Below, in pieces: positions 47,434 through 58,148 of a stretch of DNA of 64,000 nt (position 1 is the first letter of the stretch; the number at the start of each line of letters is the position of its first letter). The DNA comes from Enoplolaimus lenunculus (Eukaryota), in the NCBI GenBank assembly GCA_030248215.1, contig JASANG010001013.1, forward strand, positions 434,001 to 498,000, in the 5' to 3' direction. Under the pieces are notes generated by a model. That model did not search any database. It saw only the letters and a program-made list of their open reading frames with translations, and had not been told where the DNA came from. The position numbers and the translations under genes are program-made.

Positions 47434-50400
47434 ATGGGTACATCAGCGTCAACTTATCGAGACACAGGCTCACCAACCCGTAATTCGTACCACTTGCATC
47501 GATTCCATCCGCTGAAATGCCGGTACCCGGGCTTGAACCAATCTTACCGAAATAACCGATTTTCATTGGACGCTGATGACGCGATTTGTTGCGCAGATAT
47601 TTTCAGCCAATCACGAGGTTTAGTCACGGAAGCGAAACGCTATTCGCCAAAACTACGCGATTTTGTACGACTTCACGCGTTGGTTGATGGAGTTCGAGCG
47701 CGACAAGGAGAAGCTTTTCCAATTGAGCAAGAACCAGCTCGAGTGGACGCAATTGACGCGTTTGTTAAATGGTGTCGCCAACAATCGATTGTAGCGTCTA
47801 AAAATGTTGATATTGCTGGTATGTTGCAACCGGCACAGAGAGTGTCTAAAATAGTACAGAGGCGTAGTTAACTTTTCAGTTCGTTAGGGTATAACTTCAT
47901 GGGCCAAGGTGAAGAAGAGTGGCGGAACAGTAACCATATTCCTATGTCTAAGCCTAAGCCTAACCTTAAGCCTAACCTTAAGCCTAAGCCTAAGCTTAAG
48001 CCTAAGCTTAAGCCTAAGCCTAAGCCTAACCCTAAGGCTAACCTTAAGCCTAAGCCTAAGCTTAAGCCTAAGCTTAAGCCTAAGCCTAAGCCTAACCCTA
48101 AGCCTAAGCCTAAGCCTAAGCCTAACCCTAAGCCTAACCTTAAGCCTAAGCCTAAGCTTAAGCCTAAGCCTAAGCCTAACCCTAAGCCTAACCTTAAGCC
48201 TAAGCCTAAGCCTAAGCCTAACCCTAAGCCTAACCTTAAGCCTAAGCCTAAGCTTAAGCCTAAGCCTAAGCTTAAGCCTAAGCCTAAGCCTAAGCCTAAG
48301 CCTAAGCCTAAGCCTAACCCTAAGCCTAACCTTAAGCCTAAGCCTAAGCCTAAGCCTAACCCTAAGCCTAACCTTAAGCCTAAGCCTAAGCTTAAGCCTA
48401 AGCCTAAGCTTAAGCCTAAGCCTAAGCCTAAGCCTAAAAGTTTAAGCCAAGCAATAAAGAATTAATAGTCTAAAACCTTACTCTATTGCAGTCCCACAGA
48501 AAAACATTCCGCCCCTGATGTTTTTACATGAGCTACTTCTTGTAAAGAAAATTTTTTAGGCCTCCAAATTTTAGGCTATTTGAAATTCAGTTAAAAGTGC
48601 CTTTTTTCCTTTCAAAACATTTAAGAAGGGCATATCTTCTCTATCGCTCCCCTTGCACAGCATATGGCTCGGTCCGATAACAAATCTTGATGCGAAGAGA
48701 ATAATCCGGTCGTAGGTTTTGGTCTCCAAATTCATAAACAAAAACCTTGCTTTTGTGCAAATTTTTGAAATCATCGAAAACCCTTGAATGACTCTGCTGA
48801 CAAACTTTTAGCCACCCCCCAAGCAAGGAGAGCAGGCTACGGATCTGAATGGACCTCGGACGGAACCAAACTTAAGTTCCCGTTCAGGTCAATAAATTGG
48901 AAAAATAACATTTTAGAGGTTTTTTTAGATTCTGTTCGCACACCAGTGTTACTTTAGCCTACGCCTGAGCCTATTAATTCAAAGCCTATTTTCAGCTTAT
49001 CCTGACGCAGGCTTGGGCCTAATAGCAAAAGGGTCGTTGGCCCGCAATGAAACCGTAGTTACCGTACCTTACGACGCGATGTTTTCGTCAAAAGTTGCGT
49101 TTCAAGAATTCGGTGATTTGGTTGATGCGGCTAAAATTGACCGGTACGCAGAGTCGACGCTTTTTCCATTTTTCCGTCCCAAAGGAAAACTTGTATCCAT
49201 ATTTGGAAAAATTTACTTGCATTAAGTTCTCGGGACGTTCTTATTAGACCGTTCTATACAGCTGTTTTCATTGTTGTAAAATAAACGTGACAAGTTCTCT
49301 TTTATCAATCTATACAATTAAAGCTGGAATAGCGCACATACGTATTTTGGACAAGTTTCCAGCATATATACTTGTTTACAATACTGTGCACATAAACATG
49401 ATTGTTCTATAATTGAGAAAATTTGCACACAGATTTTTATAAATTAGCTAACACTTTTGTGCATTGTGCAATGCTGGTCGACTAGTTGTAGTTGTGTGGA
49501 GACGGTAAAAAGTACCGAAAGATCGGGGAAGAATGTCAACTTTAGAAATTATCAGAACCAGATCATCGGAAAATGGGACAAATAAAGAGTACTTGAAAAT
49601 ATTGAGATGCAGTTTTTCATGAGAATCACGCAAATATTTTCGCGACAAAATTTTTCGAATGAGAAAATTAAAAAGTTATTTTTTCGTCCGGAAAATATTT
49701 TTCAAAATAGAATCCCGATATTTGGGAGGGCGGCAACTTTCGCTAGAATCGGGAATTTTCTAATCATTTATATCTTTGGTTCTTAAACTTTTAAAAGATA
49801 TCAGCCAGTGGTGATAGGCGCCACACGTATTTGAGGGCCAATGTTACTTTAAGGGGCGTAAACAGTAGATTAGGCGTATTCCTAAGCCTAAGCCTAAGCA
49901 TTACAAAAATGTGTTCCTAATCCTAAGCCTAAGCAAAAAAACATAATCTAGAATCTAAACCTACTCTGTTATAGACCCACCAGAAATTTGGACGCCCTTT
50001 AAAGTAACATGGGCCTATTTGAGTATACGGATAAAAGCAAACTGTAGTCAAACTCAACAGCGATTATAGTTTTAAGTTCAAACGTTTATTTCCTTCAGTT
50101 GAAAAATTTCAAGATTTATCATCAACTGGCAATAGGTGCTACATACATTTGAGAATAAAACAAAATGTCAATTTTAGCTGTTGGTTACAAGTCCCAGTTG
50201 CGGTCAAACTCGTCGCTGAACGTCTTAACCGTCAACAGTCCGACTGGATCCCTTATATCGACATTTTACCTAAACACATGCCACATCCGTTGTTTTTTAC
50301 TCCACAACATTTTGCATTACTCGCTGGATCCCCGTGTTACGAAGACGGGTTGAATTTATTCTACGAGGTTGTCGCTCAGTACGGACTGTTGTATCAACAG

Positions 50401-52780
50401 ATCTACGACGGATGGACGCGAGGGGTGAAATATCGAAATTTGACTCCGGCAAAGTTTACTTTTGACGCCTACCGATGGGCAATGGCCATGGCGTTGAGTC
50501 GATCGTTAAAGGTACACCAAGCCGCTTTAGGTTTCATAGATGAAGCCTATGTTTAGAAAATATTTTGGCCAATGTAAAGAACAGGGGCGGAACAGCATTA
50601 TAAGCACATTCCTAAGCCTAAGTCTAAGCCTAAGCGTAAGAATGAGTCGGATTCCTAAGCCTAAGCCTAAGCCTTAACGTAAGAATGAGAATATTCCTAA
50701 GCTTAAGCCTAAGCTTAAGCCTAAGCCAAGCCAAAAAATAGTCTAAAGCTTAAGCTTACTCTATTGCAGTCCCACCGAAAAACGTTCAGCCCTTGATCTT
50801 TACATGGGCCAATGTTTTAAACGAAATCGTTTGCAAGCTCGTAGCCAGCAGAACGTGGAATGATAGTGTCAAAACAAACGAGGGTTCCAAAGTTGATTAT
50901 ATACTCAACACTTAGCAGCGGGGCCTTAATTTTTTGTGGAAAAGGGGTCAAATGTTTGATAGGACCAAGGAGGATGTGCTAATTTCAAATTTTAACCCTC
51001 TCGCACATGAATAGTAGCTGTTTCCTTTCAGATTCAATTTCGAACTTTAATTTGAACACCGAATTAAACATATTTAGGTTTAATAGCATCTTTAACATTT
51101 TGACCAATGCATACAACAAGGCCGCGCCAGTAGCATAATCATATTTCTAAGCCTAAAGCTAAAGCCTGAACGTAAGAATGAGCTTACACCTAAGCCTAAG
51201 CCTAAACAAGCAAAAAACATAGTCTAAAGCTTAATAGCTTAGTCTATTTCAGACTCATAGATAGATATACGCTCGTTCCCTTATCTTTACACGGGTCAAA
51301 ATTATTAATCTTCAGCGCCCGTGTTACCTGAAGAAGCGTCCACGTTTCTGGTGGGTCTATAAAACAGTAGGTTTAGATTCTAGATTGCATATTTTTGTTT
51401 AGACTTTAGGCTTAGGCTTAGGAATACGCTTAATCTACTGTTTATACGCCGCTTAAAGTAAACATTGGCCATGTTCAGCATAAATTCCATCTATATTAAT
51501 AAAGCTAGAACCCCAACCTGTTTTAGGTCGAAGATAACGGTGAATCAGTGACCGTTTTGGTTCCATATTGGGATTTGTGCAACAACGGCGCTGAACATTT
51601 GCTGACCAAAATCGATATGTGTACCGCAACTGACACTTGTGTTAGTGCACTTTGTGCGTACACATCGTGCGAAATTCCGGCCGGCGGTCAGCTAACCATT
51701 TGCTACCGTGACTCAAGCACGCCAGTAGAATATTTCACAATCTGGGGTATGGCAGTTGTCGACTATTTTGCTCCAATTAAAGTTAAAATTTCACCGTTGG
51801 ATCGAAATTTTAAATCGAAACTCAACATCCTGGAGACAGATTTGCAACTAAAACCTCCTGTTATGTTACGGATATTTCCACGAAAGCTGCCGTTAGCTGA
51901 TACTGAGCTTAGGGCTCTCTTACTCATCAGTGCTACAACTGCTGACCTCGCCACGGGTCAAATATCAGCTCAAACTTGGACTCGGGCGTGGAGTCATGTA
52001 TTGAAACGGCTCAACAGGCGACTAGCAACGTATAAATCCGTTCAAAATAAAAACGCAACCAATTTGTTAAATTTGTCTCAAATTACGTCATCGTCGCGTC
52101 ATTCAGGCGGCGAATCGAAATTGAACACGTCATCGAATGATGAATTAAAAGAAAACATAAATTCAAACACGAGTTCAATTGATGCTCAATCTCGGGTTAT
52201 TCAACGGTTGTCTAATAGTGATTTTGAAAAGCGGACAGGAGCAGATGGTCAGAATTTTAGCCAAGAAACTGGCAAAAATGGGTTCATCTCAAACGTACGT
52301 GGGAATCAAACACCGAACAAGTCAATCGATAATGCTCAAATGCAACTTGCGGTAGAAATAGTACGTCAAGAATATGCAATACTGCAACGCGCAGTTACTG
52401 CAACTAAACTGCTACTTCGCCAATTGCCAGGCGATTATGGTTACTTTGAGTTAGTGCCACGTCATCACAACGCAGATGATGACGTCATCGATTCGTCATC
52501 GACAAGCCAACGTACCGCACTCACAAGTAATACGGCTGAAAATTGTACCTCAACGCAAACGTGTCAGACAGAGTCGAACAATATTTATTCAGTACAAAAT
52601 TCGGTCAGAAAGTCAAGTGGCAACGCAACAGCGGAGGATTATGATAAACAATCGGAAAGTGGCACAACTCAAAACGACCCCGTGAAGAATAACGGAAAAC
52701 CAAACAGCACAAGACTTATTTCGTTAGTGGAAGTGTGTTCTACTTCAGCGCCAGGCGAATCTATAATGGTTCAAGCTTAG
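47434..52780 (+). CDS. SETD3-like (Rubisco-LSMT class) SET-domain methyltransferase; 4 exons, 706 aa
   Basis: Exons 47434-47818, 48996-49143, 50178-50511, 51527-52780 (2121 nt, phases consistent). Motifs [36 protein letters not shown]....[20 protein letters not shown], then a Ser/Asn/Thr-rich tail. Orthology to SETD3 versus a lineage-specific paralogue cannot be settled by eye. Confidence 0.8.
47902..48534 (+). mobile_element. Telomere-repeat MITE subfamily A with expanded core, SET gene intron 1
   Basis: Both TIRs present; TSD ACTTCATG/ACTTCTTG; core is a ~500-bp hexamer array. Confidence 0.88.
47941..48438. repeat. Interstitial telomere-like array (TTAGGC)n with TTAGGG/TTAAGC/TTAAGG variants, 83 hexamers
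   Basis: Unbroken 6-bp phase of CCTAAG/CCTAAC/CTTAAG units. Confidence 0.97.
49836..50015 (+). mobile_element. Telomere-repeat MITE, subfamily B (reference copy), SET gene intron 2
   Basis: TIRs GGCCAATGTTACTTTAAGGGGCGT / ACGCCCTTTAAAGTAACATGGGCC, perfect 8-bp TSD TATTTGAG, internal CCTAAG runs. Confidence 0.9.
50567..50810 (+). mobile_element. Telomere-repeat MITE subfamily A, SET gene intron 3
   Basis: GGCCAATGTAAAGAACAGGGGCGG ... TGATCTTTACATGGGCC; TSD AATATTTT/AATGTTTT. Confidence 0.88.
51102..51297 (+). mobile_element. Telomere-repeat MITE subfamily A (diverged)
   Basis: Degenerate TIRs and the shared internal motifs CGTAAGAATGAG and AGTCTAAAGCTTAA. Confidence 0.75.
51316..51470 (-). 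mobile_element. Telomere-repeat MITE subfamily B
   Basis: Reverse-orientation copy; TSD ATCTTCAG/ATGTTCAG; TTAGGC core. Confidence 0.8.
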
Positions 52781-52861
52781 GTTAAAATTTCAAGCGTAAT
52801 AATTTCGTCAAAATCAAAACGCTTTTCGTATAAAACAATCGGTTGCACTGCCACTAGAGTA

Positions 52862-53099
52862 CACTGCAACAAATAGTGAGTCAAATCACTGCAAAAAATG
52901 GTGAGTCAAATTGACTCTCTCCGAAATAGCCTCTACGAGACTACAAAAACTGAGTCAAATTCGAGTTCACTAGAGTCAAACGTATGAATCAGTGAGTTAA
53001 AAATTTGACTCTGGTGGAGTCGAGTCTGACTCAGTTTGTGTAGTTCCCGTAGAGCCTATTTCGGAGAGAGTCAATTTGACTCACCAGTTTTTTGCAGTG
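52862..53099. mobile_element. CACTG-terminal palindromic MITE, GAGTCAA family, duplicated left terminus
   Basis: Near-perfect foldback at 52887-53099 preceded by a 25-bp extra copy of the left end. Confidence 0.88.
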
Positions 53100-53574
53100 T
53101 AGCTTTCACAAATTCGTTTATTGCAGTGTAGCGTTTTGACAAACGCTACAAAGCGTTGATGTAACCGCGTTTTCCTACAAAAGCGATTCATTTTACAGTT
53201 TCCCAACGTACAAAAATTATTTTGAAAAATTCTCTTTGAAATTATAATAGTATTTTAAAATTCAAATAGCGTTTTATTTTTGCCGCAGTTTGTCAGGACT
53301 TGTCGTCATATTTGACCAACAGATATATTTAGCAATACATTTTCAAACAAATTCCGCCAATGTATACAACACTATCGTAACATAGAATAAGCATATTCTT
53401 AAGCCTAAGCAAAAACAGTCTAAAGCTAAAGCTTACTTTATTGCAGTTCCGCGGAAAAGCAGTCCGACGTATATTTACTTAAATCTTATTTCAAACGATT
53501 TAATTGTAATAGTCAAAATTTCATTGTCGAAACCGAAATGAATGAAACATGTTTAACCAATCCATCTATGCAAT

Positions 53575-53783
53575 GGCCAATGTTACTTTTAGGGCCGTAA
53601 CAGTAGATAAAGCGCATTCCTACGCCTAAGCCTAAGCCTAAGCGTTGCTAAAGCGCATTCCTAAGCCTAAACCTAAGCTTAAGCCTAAGCCTAAACGTAA
53701 GCAAAAAAATGTAGTCTAGAATGTAAGCCTACTCATTTACAGAACCACCAGAAACCCGGACGGCGCTAAAAGTAGCATGAACC
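53575..53783 (+). mobile_element. Telomere-repeat MITE subfamily B
   Basis: GGCCAATGTTACTTTTAGGG ... AAAGTAGCATGAACC; TSD TATGCAAT/TATGCAAA. Confidence 0.82.
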
Positions 53784-54093
53784 TATGCAAAGTACCAGTG
53801 TAAAATTCTTATGATCCCTAACACAACAAAGGGATTTAGGGTGTTTTTCGCTTTGCCCTCCACTTGAACTTAGGCTTAAGAAAATTGGGTATGCCATTGA
53901 GTAAGCCATTGCTGAACCTTTACTTGAACCTAAACCAGTAAACTAAAGCTTTGTCCTTAAATATGGAGCAAAATCTACCGTAATTTTCAGCCGAATACTA
54001 ACCAAATATCGAAGAAATATCTGCTTGCAGTGTATTATGAATTAAGGAAGGCTCAAACTTATATACGGAATGCTTGCTTATGAGCACATCGCA

Positions 54094-54190
54094 TGGGACA
54101 GTTGGGACAAACGGGACAGATGGAACTGATGGGACAGATGGAACTGATGGAACAGTTGGGACAGATGGAACAGATGGGACAGATGGGACA
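54094..54190. repeat. 9-bp tandem repeat (TGGGACAGA variants), about 11 copies
   Basis: Direct reading. Confidence 0.92.
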
Positions 54191-54425
54191 AAGCATTGCG
54201 ATGATGAAATTCTGGACATAAAGTTTTAGGAACGTCTTAATAAAGGTTATTTAATAGCTGATGAGATATAAGCAAATATTTGAAAATACTGTTAAGTTTC
54301 TTAAAAGGGCCTCAGTTCCCTCCTGACCCCCTCTTGGCTACGGGCCTGGTAAGCTTCAACTAAACTTCAACGAATAAAAAGTATACCTGAACCATATCTG
54401 AACAAAGTTTAATCTCACTAATCTA

Positions 54426-57400
54426 TTAAGGAAACTTTAACCTTTTAAACACAGAGTACAACACCCACAAGATAAGCATTAATGAGCAAAATGCTGCAAA
54501 AATGACGTCAAGCATGAAATATTGCAAAAAATTCAACTGAACTGAACGGTCTCTTAGAATGACAATCCTGTCTTTGTGTCTTATGACGAATTCAATCCAA
54601 AATGACGCCAAATGATTGCCGTCCATGATGACGTCACCGATCAGTGATTCTACTCGTTCAATTGCTCGTTTATAACGTGATTGGTCGAGTAACACGTCAT
54701 TCAATTTGTCAAACACGTAACGTTGGCTGAGTGAGAATTTATTCAGTACAACTCCTGCGCCATATCGATGTATGAGTTGTTGAGTGTTGTACGGCTGTTC
54801 AGCAAATATTGGCATCGCAACGACTGGAATACGATGACAGATGGCTTCGATGCTACTTTTCAGACCCAAATGTGTCACCAGGAGTCGAGTTTTTGGATGC
54901 CTGAGCAGTGCTGATTGAGGAACCCATTGCAGGAACATGATGTTGTCCGCTCGAGGGGACAGATCGGGGGGTTTGCCAGAAAACTGCCATACGAACCTGT
55001 ATTCACCCAACTGGCGAAATGCGTGATAAAATGCTTCGACCATAAAAAGCGGCGCTTCTGACCAACTAACGTAATGGCCAAACCCGGCCACAATGGTTCC
55101 CTTAGACTTTGGGTCAGATATAAATCGTTGTATGTCAGCATTTAAGCTAATTTGTGTTAACGCACTTTCGTCAAAGTATAATGCAGTGCAATTGCGTGCA
55201 CCAACATTAATTGCTAATTGTGTATAAGGACGAGTCCATTCAATTATCGGTGGCAACACAGAGTACAGCAAGAACGCCTGTTGGTTGAAAGTAGACACGG
55301 AAAACGAGCGAGGCAAATGCGGTTGCAGATCTCGTTTAATATTGTGGTTTACAAGTTCAATTGTTGCTAAAAATATTAATTGCTAAGAGTCTGCATTTCG
55401 CAGAAAATATCCGTTGGCAACGAAGAAATTCGACCAAAAACCGTTTTATTCAAGTGGCACTGTTTTGTAATCTTTTTGCTCTCTAAACGCTTAAACTAAC
55501 TTGATTTAAGCTTAAGGCAATCTAGCCGTATTAAACTAACTTTCTAGATTGACTAAACTAACAGGCAGGTTTACGCTTAGACTCGTTTAAAATTTTACAT
55601 ATTTTCAGTTTAAGCTAAACTTTAATAACGAACTCTTAGATACACGTAATTTCTGGGCTGCACTTGTTACTTAAACTAAAAATAAGTTTACTAAAACTCG
55701 TGTTAAACTAAAAACATGTTAGCTTAAGTAAAACTTAAAATTCTAGTTTAGTTACTTCGTCCAGCCATTTAAGTTTTACTAAAACTAATATTCAAGTTTA
55801 GTTAAGCTTTAATTTAAGTTTAAGTTTTTAGACAGTGACCTTCGCGCGTTTCAGTCCAGGTAGAAATCGGAACTTCAGACCTTCTGACTAAGTAGTTGGA
55901 AAAGCGGGCCTCTAGAGCAGGGATCTAACTAGCAGTCGTACAATTTAGAGGCAAGCGCTCTAGCACTGCGCTACGTAACCCATCTCTCAAGCTAAGCACT
56001 TTTTTTCGTCGACTTTATGGCGACGTGTATGCTAAATAAGCTGGGTAGGTTCGTAGCGCAGTGGTAGCGCGCTTGCCTCAGAATCCTTAGACTGCTTGTT
56101 CGATCCCTGCTGCGTAGGCCTGTGTTTCCAGCTGCTTAGTTAATAATGTCTGAAATCCCGGTTCCTATCTAAACTGACAGTGCGAGTTTCAACTGCTTAA
56201 AAGAAGCATTACAAAATTATCATTGGGAATTGCAGTCTGTAAACACCCAAACAGCTTACAATTACCAATATTTTCACTAACAACACTGTCTTACCCTCCG
56301 AGCAAAACAAATTTCCCAAAACCAGAGCTCGAATTTAGATCCAAACACAGTTGCACACTACCCGCCGGGTACCCGCGAGTAAACGTGGGACGGGTAAGAA
56401 AATTTTGGCGCGGGAGTATCCGTGGGTGAAGAATTTTAAAGCGCGGGTAAAAATATGTCACTGTTTACCCGCCTGAATTTTCGATAAAAAACTTGAAACC
56501 ATATAATGTATAAAACTTGAATTTTTAAACTGTTTTTACCTGTATGGCTGAAAATTAAGCCGCGAGTAACCTCAATGCACTGTAAAATTACACAATTGTA
56601 TTGAACGCAAACGAAAAAAACAGGAACGGGTAACGTTAAATGAATTTTGCTCAGGTAAAGGCGGGTAACGGGTAAAGAACTTTAACGCGGGTATACCCGC
56701 GGGATAAAAATACATTTTCACAGGAAAAGGCAGCACGGGTAAATAATCTTTGTCCACTTACACCTCTGGTGTTCAAGATAAATCCTGCATATTTTTACAG
56801 CGATAAAAAATTACCAAAATCGCTCAATCGCCAGTCGATAAAATACCGAAAACGGTCAGTAAATTTAGTCAAACTGTAAAACTGTCGAATAGGAATTGGA
56901 CTTGAAACAGGCATAGGAACGCCAAAATGATACAAGCTGTGAGGCATCGCAAACGTAGTTGACATTATAATATACGGCACTTGAGCTAGAGCGACGATAT
57001 GATAGGCGCACGGTGTGAAAAATGAATCGACAACGATCAGATCCCAGCCGACACTGATTAATTGTTCAATGTCTGTCATGTTGTTTGCAAGTGCGTGTCG
57101 ACAAACATCAGTCGTCATGTACCATGGAGTCAACTGCAAAATATGAAAACCAGTTAAGAATTAGGGTTGCGCTATACTTTACGGCGGCGTGCGACAGCGT
57201 ACGGCGGCGTGCGACAGCGTACGGCGGCGTGCGACAGCGTACGGCGGCGTGCGACAGCGTACGGCGGCGTGCGACAGCGTACGGCGGCGTGCGACAGCGT
57301 ACGGCGGCGTGCGACAGCGTACGGCGGCGTGCGACAGCGTACGGCGGCGTGCGACAGCGTACGGCGGCGTGCGACAGCGTACGGCGGCGTGCGACAGCGT

Positions 57401-58148
57401 ACGGCGGCGTGCGACAGCGTACGGCGGCGTGCGACAGCGTACGGCGGCGTGCGACAGCGTACGGCGGCGTGCGACAGCGTACGGCGGCGTGCGACAGCGT
57501 ACGGCGGCGTGCTGTCCTCAACCAAACTAAGCCTTTTGTAAGCTGTTTTGCTATTGCAAACGAACATTTTACACTGTCTCGTATCTATTTTCAGTTAGCG
57601 ATAGGTTATTCAAGTCAAATTGTTATGATTATCACTAAGTATAAAGTTTGAAACAGTTGATTGTTTATATCTGGTTCAAATTTAAGTTTAACCACGTTGA
57701 GAATTCTTAAAATCTGGTGCGTAATGAACTCATCCGGCTTTCTGCCGTTGCGCAGCATACCGTAATCTTAAATCTTCTGAGCCTAATTTCCAAAAAACTA
57801 CCGTAAACCTCAAGCGAAACTTACCATATCGACCGGTGTAAAATCGTTCGTATTCCAAAAATTGAACGCCGCCGATCCGTTGTTGTTTACAAAAATGTCC
57901 AGATATTCTTTGACGCGAGTCGAAACAACGATTTCAGAATCAGTGAAATATTGGGAATTTGCCGAATGCTGACGAGTGAAAAACGCATTCCAAATTTGTA
58001 CTTTGTGTCCCCGACGTCCAAGCGCGTCTGCAAGCGGAATCATTGACTTTTTATGGCTCGTTCCCACGTGCATCGGTAAAATAAGAATGCGGTATGCGAA
58101 ACTTGAGCTCAAACCGACTAGAATCATTGATAGTATTACAAGCCTCAT
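54426..58148 (-). CDS. UDP-glucuronosyl/UDP-glycosyltransferase (GT1), membrane-anchored; 3 exons, 527 aa
   Basis: Exons 57825-58148, 56815-57133, 54426-55366 (1584 nt). Signal peptide, catalytic SH motif (GTSH..SM..LADAL..RGH.V), WDLIVVD, UGT signature WVPQSALLRHPKTRLLVTHLGLKSSIEAI..RIPVVAMPIFAEQPYN, FWIEFVIRH, C-terminal TM helix and basic tail. Confidence 0.93.
55826..55992 (-). mobile_element. tRNA-headed SINE-like arm (left member of inverted pair), UGT intron 2
   Basis: Minus strand CGTAGCGCAGTGCTAGAGCGCTTGCCTC...GTTAGATCCCTGCT plus a ~90-nt tail alignable to 56039-56201. Confidence 0.7.
56039..56201 (+). mobile_element. tRNA-headed SINE-like arm (right member of inverted pair)
   Basis: A box TAGCGCAGTGG, B box GTTCGATCC, followed by a non-tRNA tail. 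Confidence 0.72.
57181..57512. repeat. Perfect 20-bp GC-rich minisatellite, 16.6 copies (ACGGCGGCGTGCGACAGCGT), UGT intron 1
   Basis: No mismatches seen between units. Confidence 0.98.

Noticed and set aside
47941..48438. True chromosome end, fusion scar or telomerase RNA template
   Set aside because: The array is internal, single-orientation, variant-rich and bracketed by MITE TIRs and a TSD.
47899..48465. 188-aa KP-rich and 178-aa LS-rich ORFs
   Set aside because: Translations of the telomere-like hexamer array inside an intronic MITE.
55920..55980. Amber suppressor tRNA (CTA at the anticodon position of the left arm)
   Set aside because: The anticodon stem does not pair, the B box is mutated and the sister arm has CAG; this is decay, not a functional tRNA.
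57085..57651. Five overlapping Arg-rich ORFs on both strands
   Set aside because: Products of a stop-free 20-bp minisatellite in UGT intron 1.
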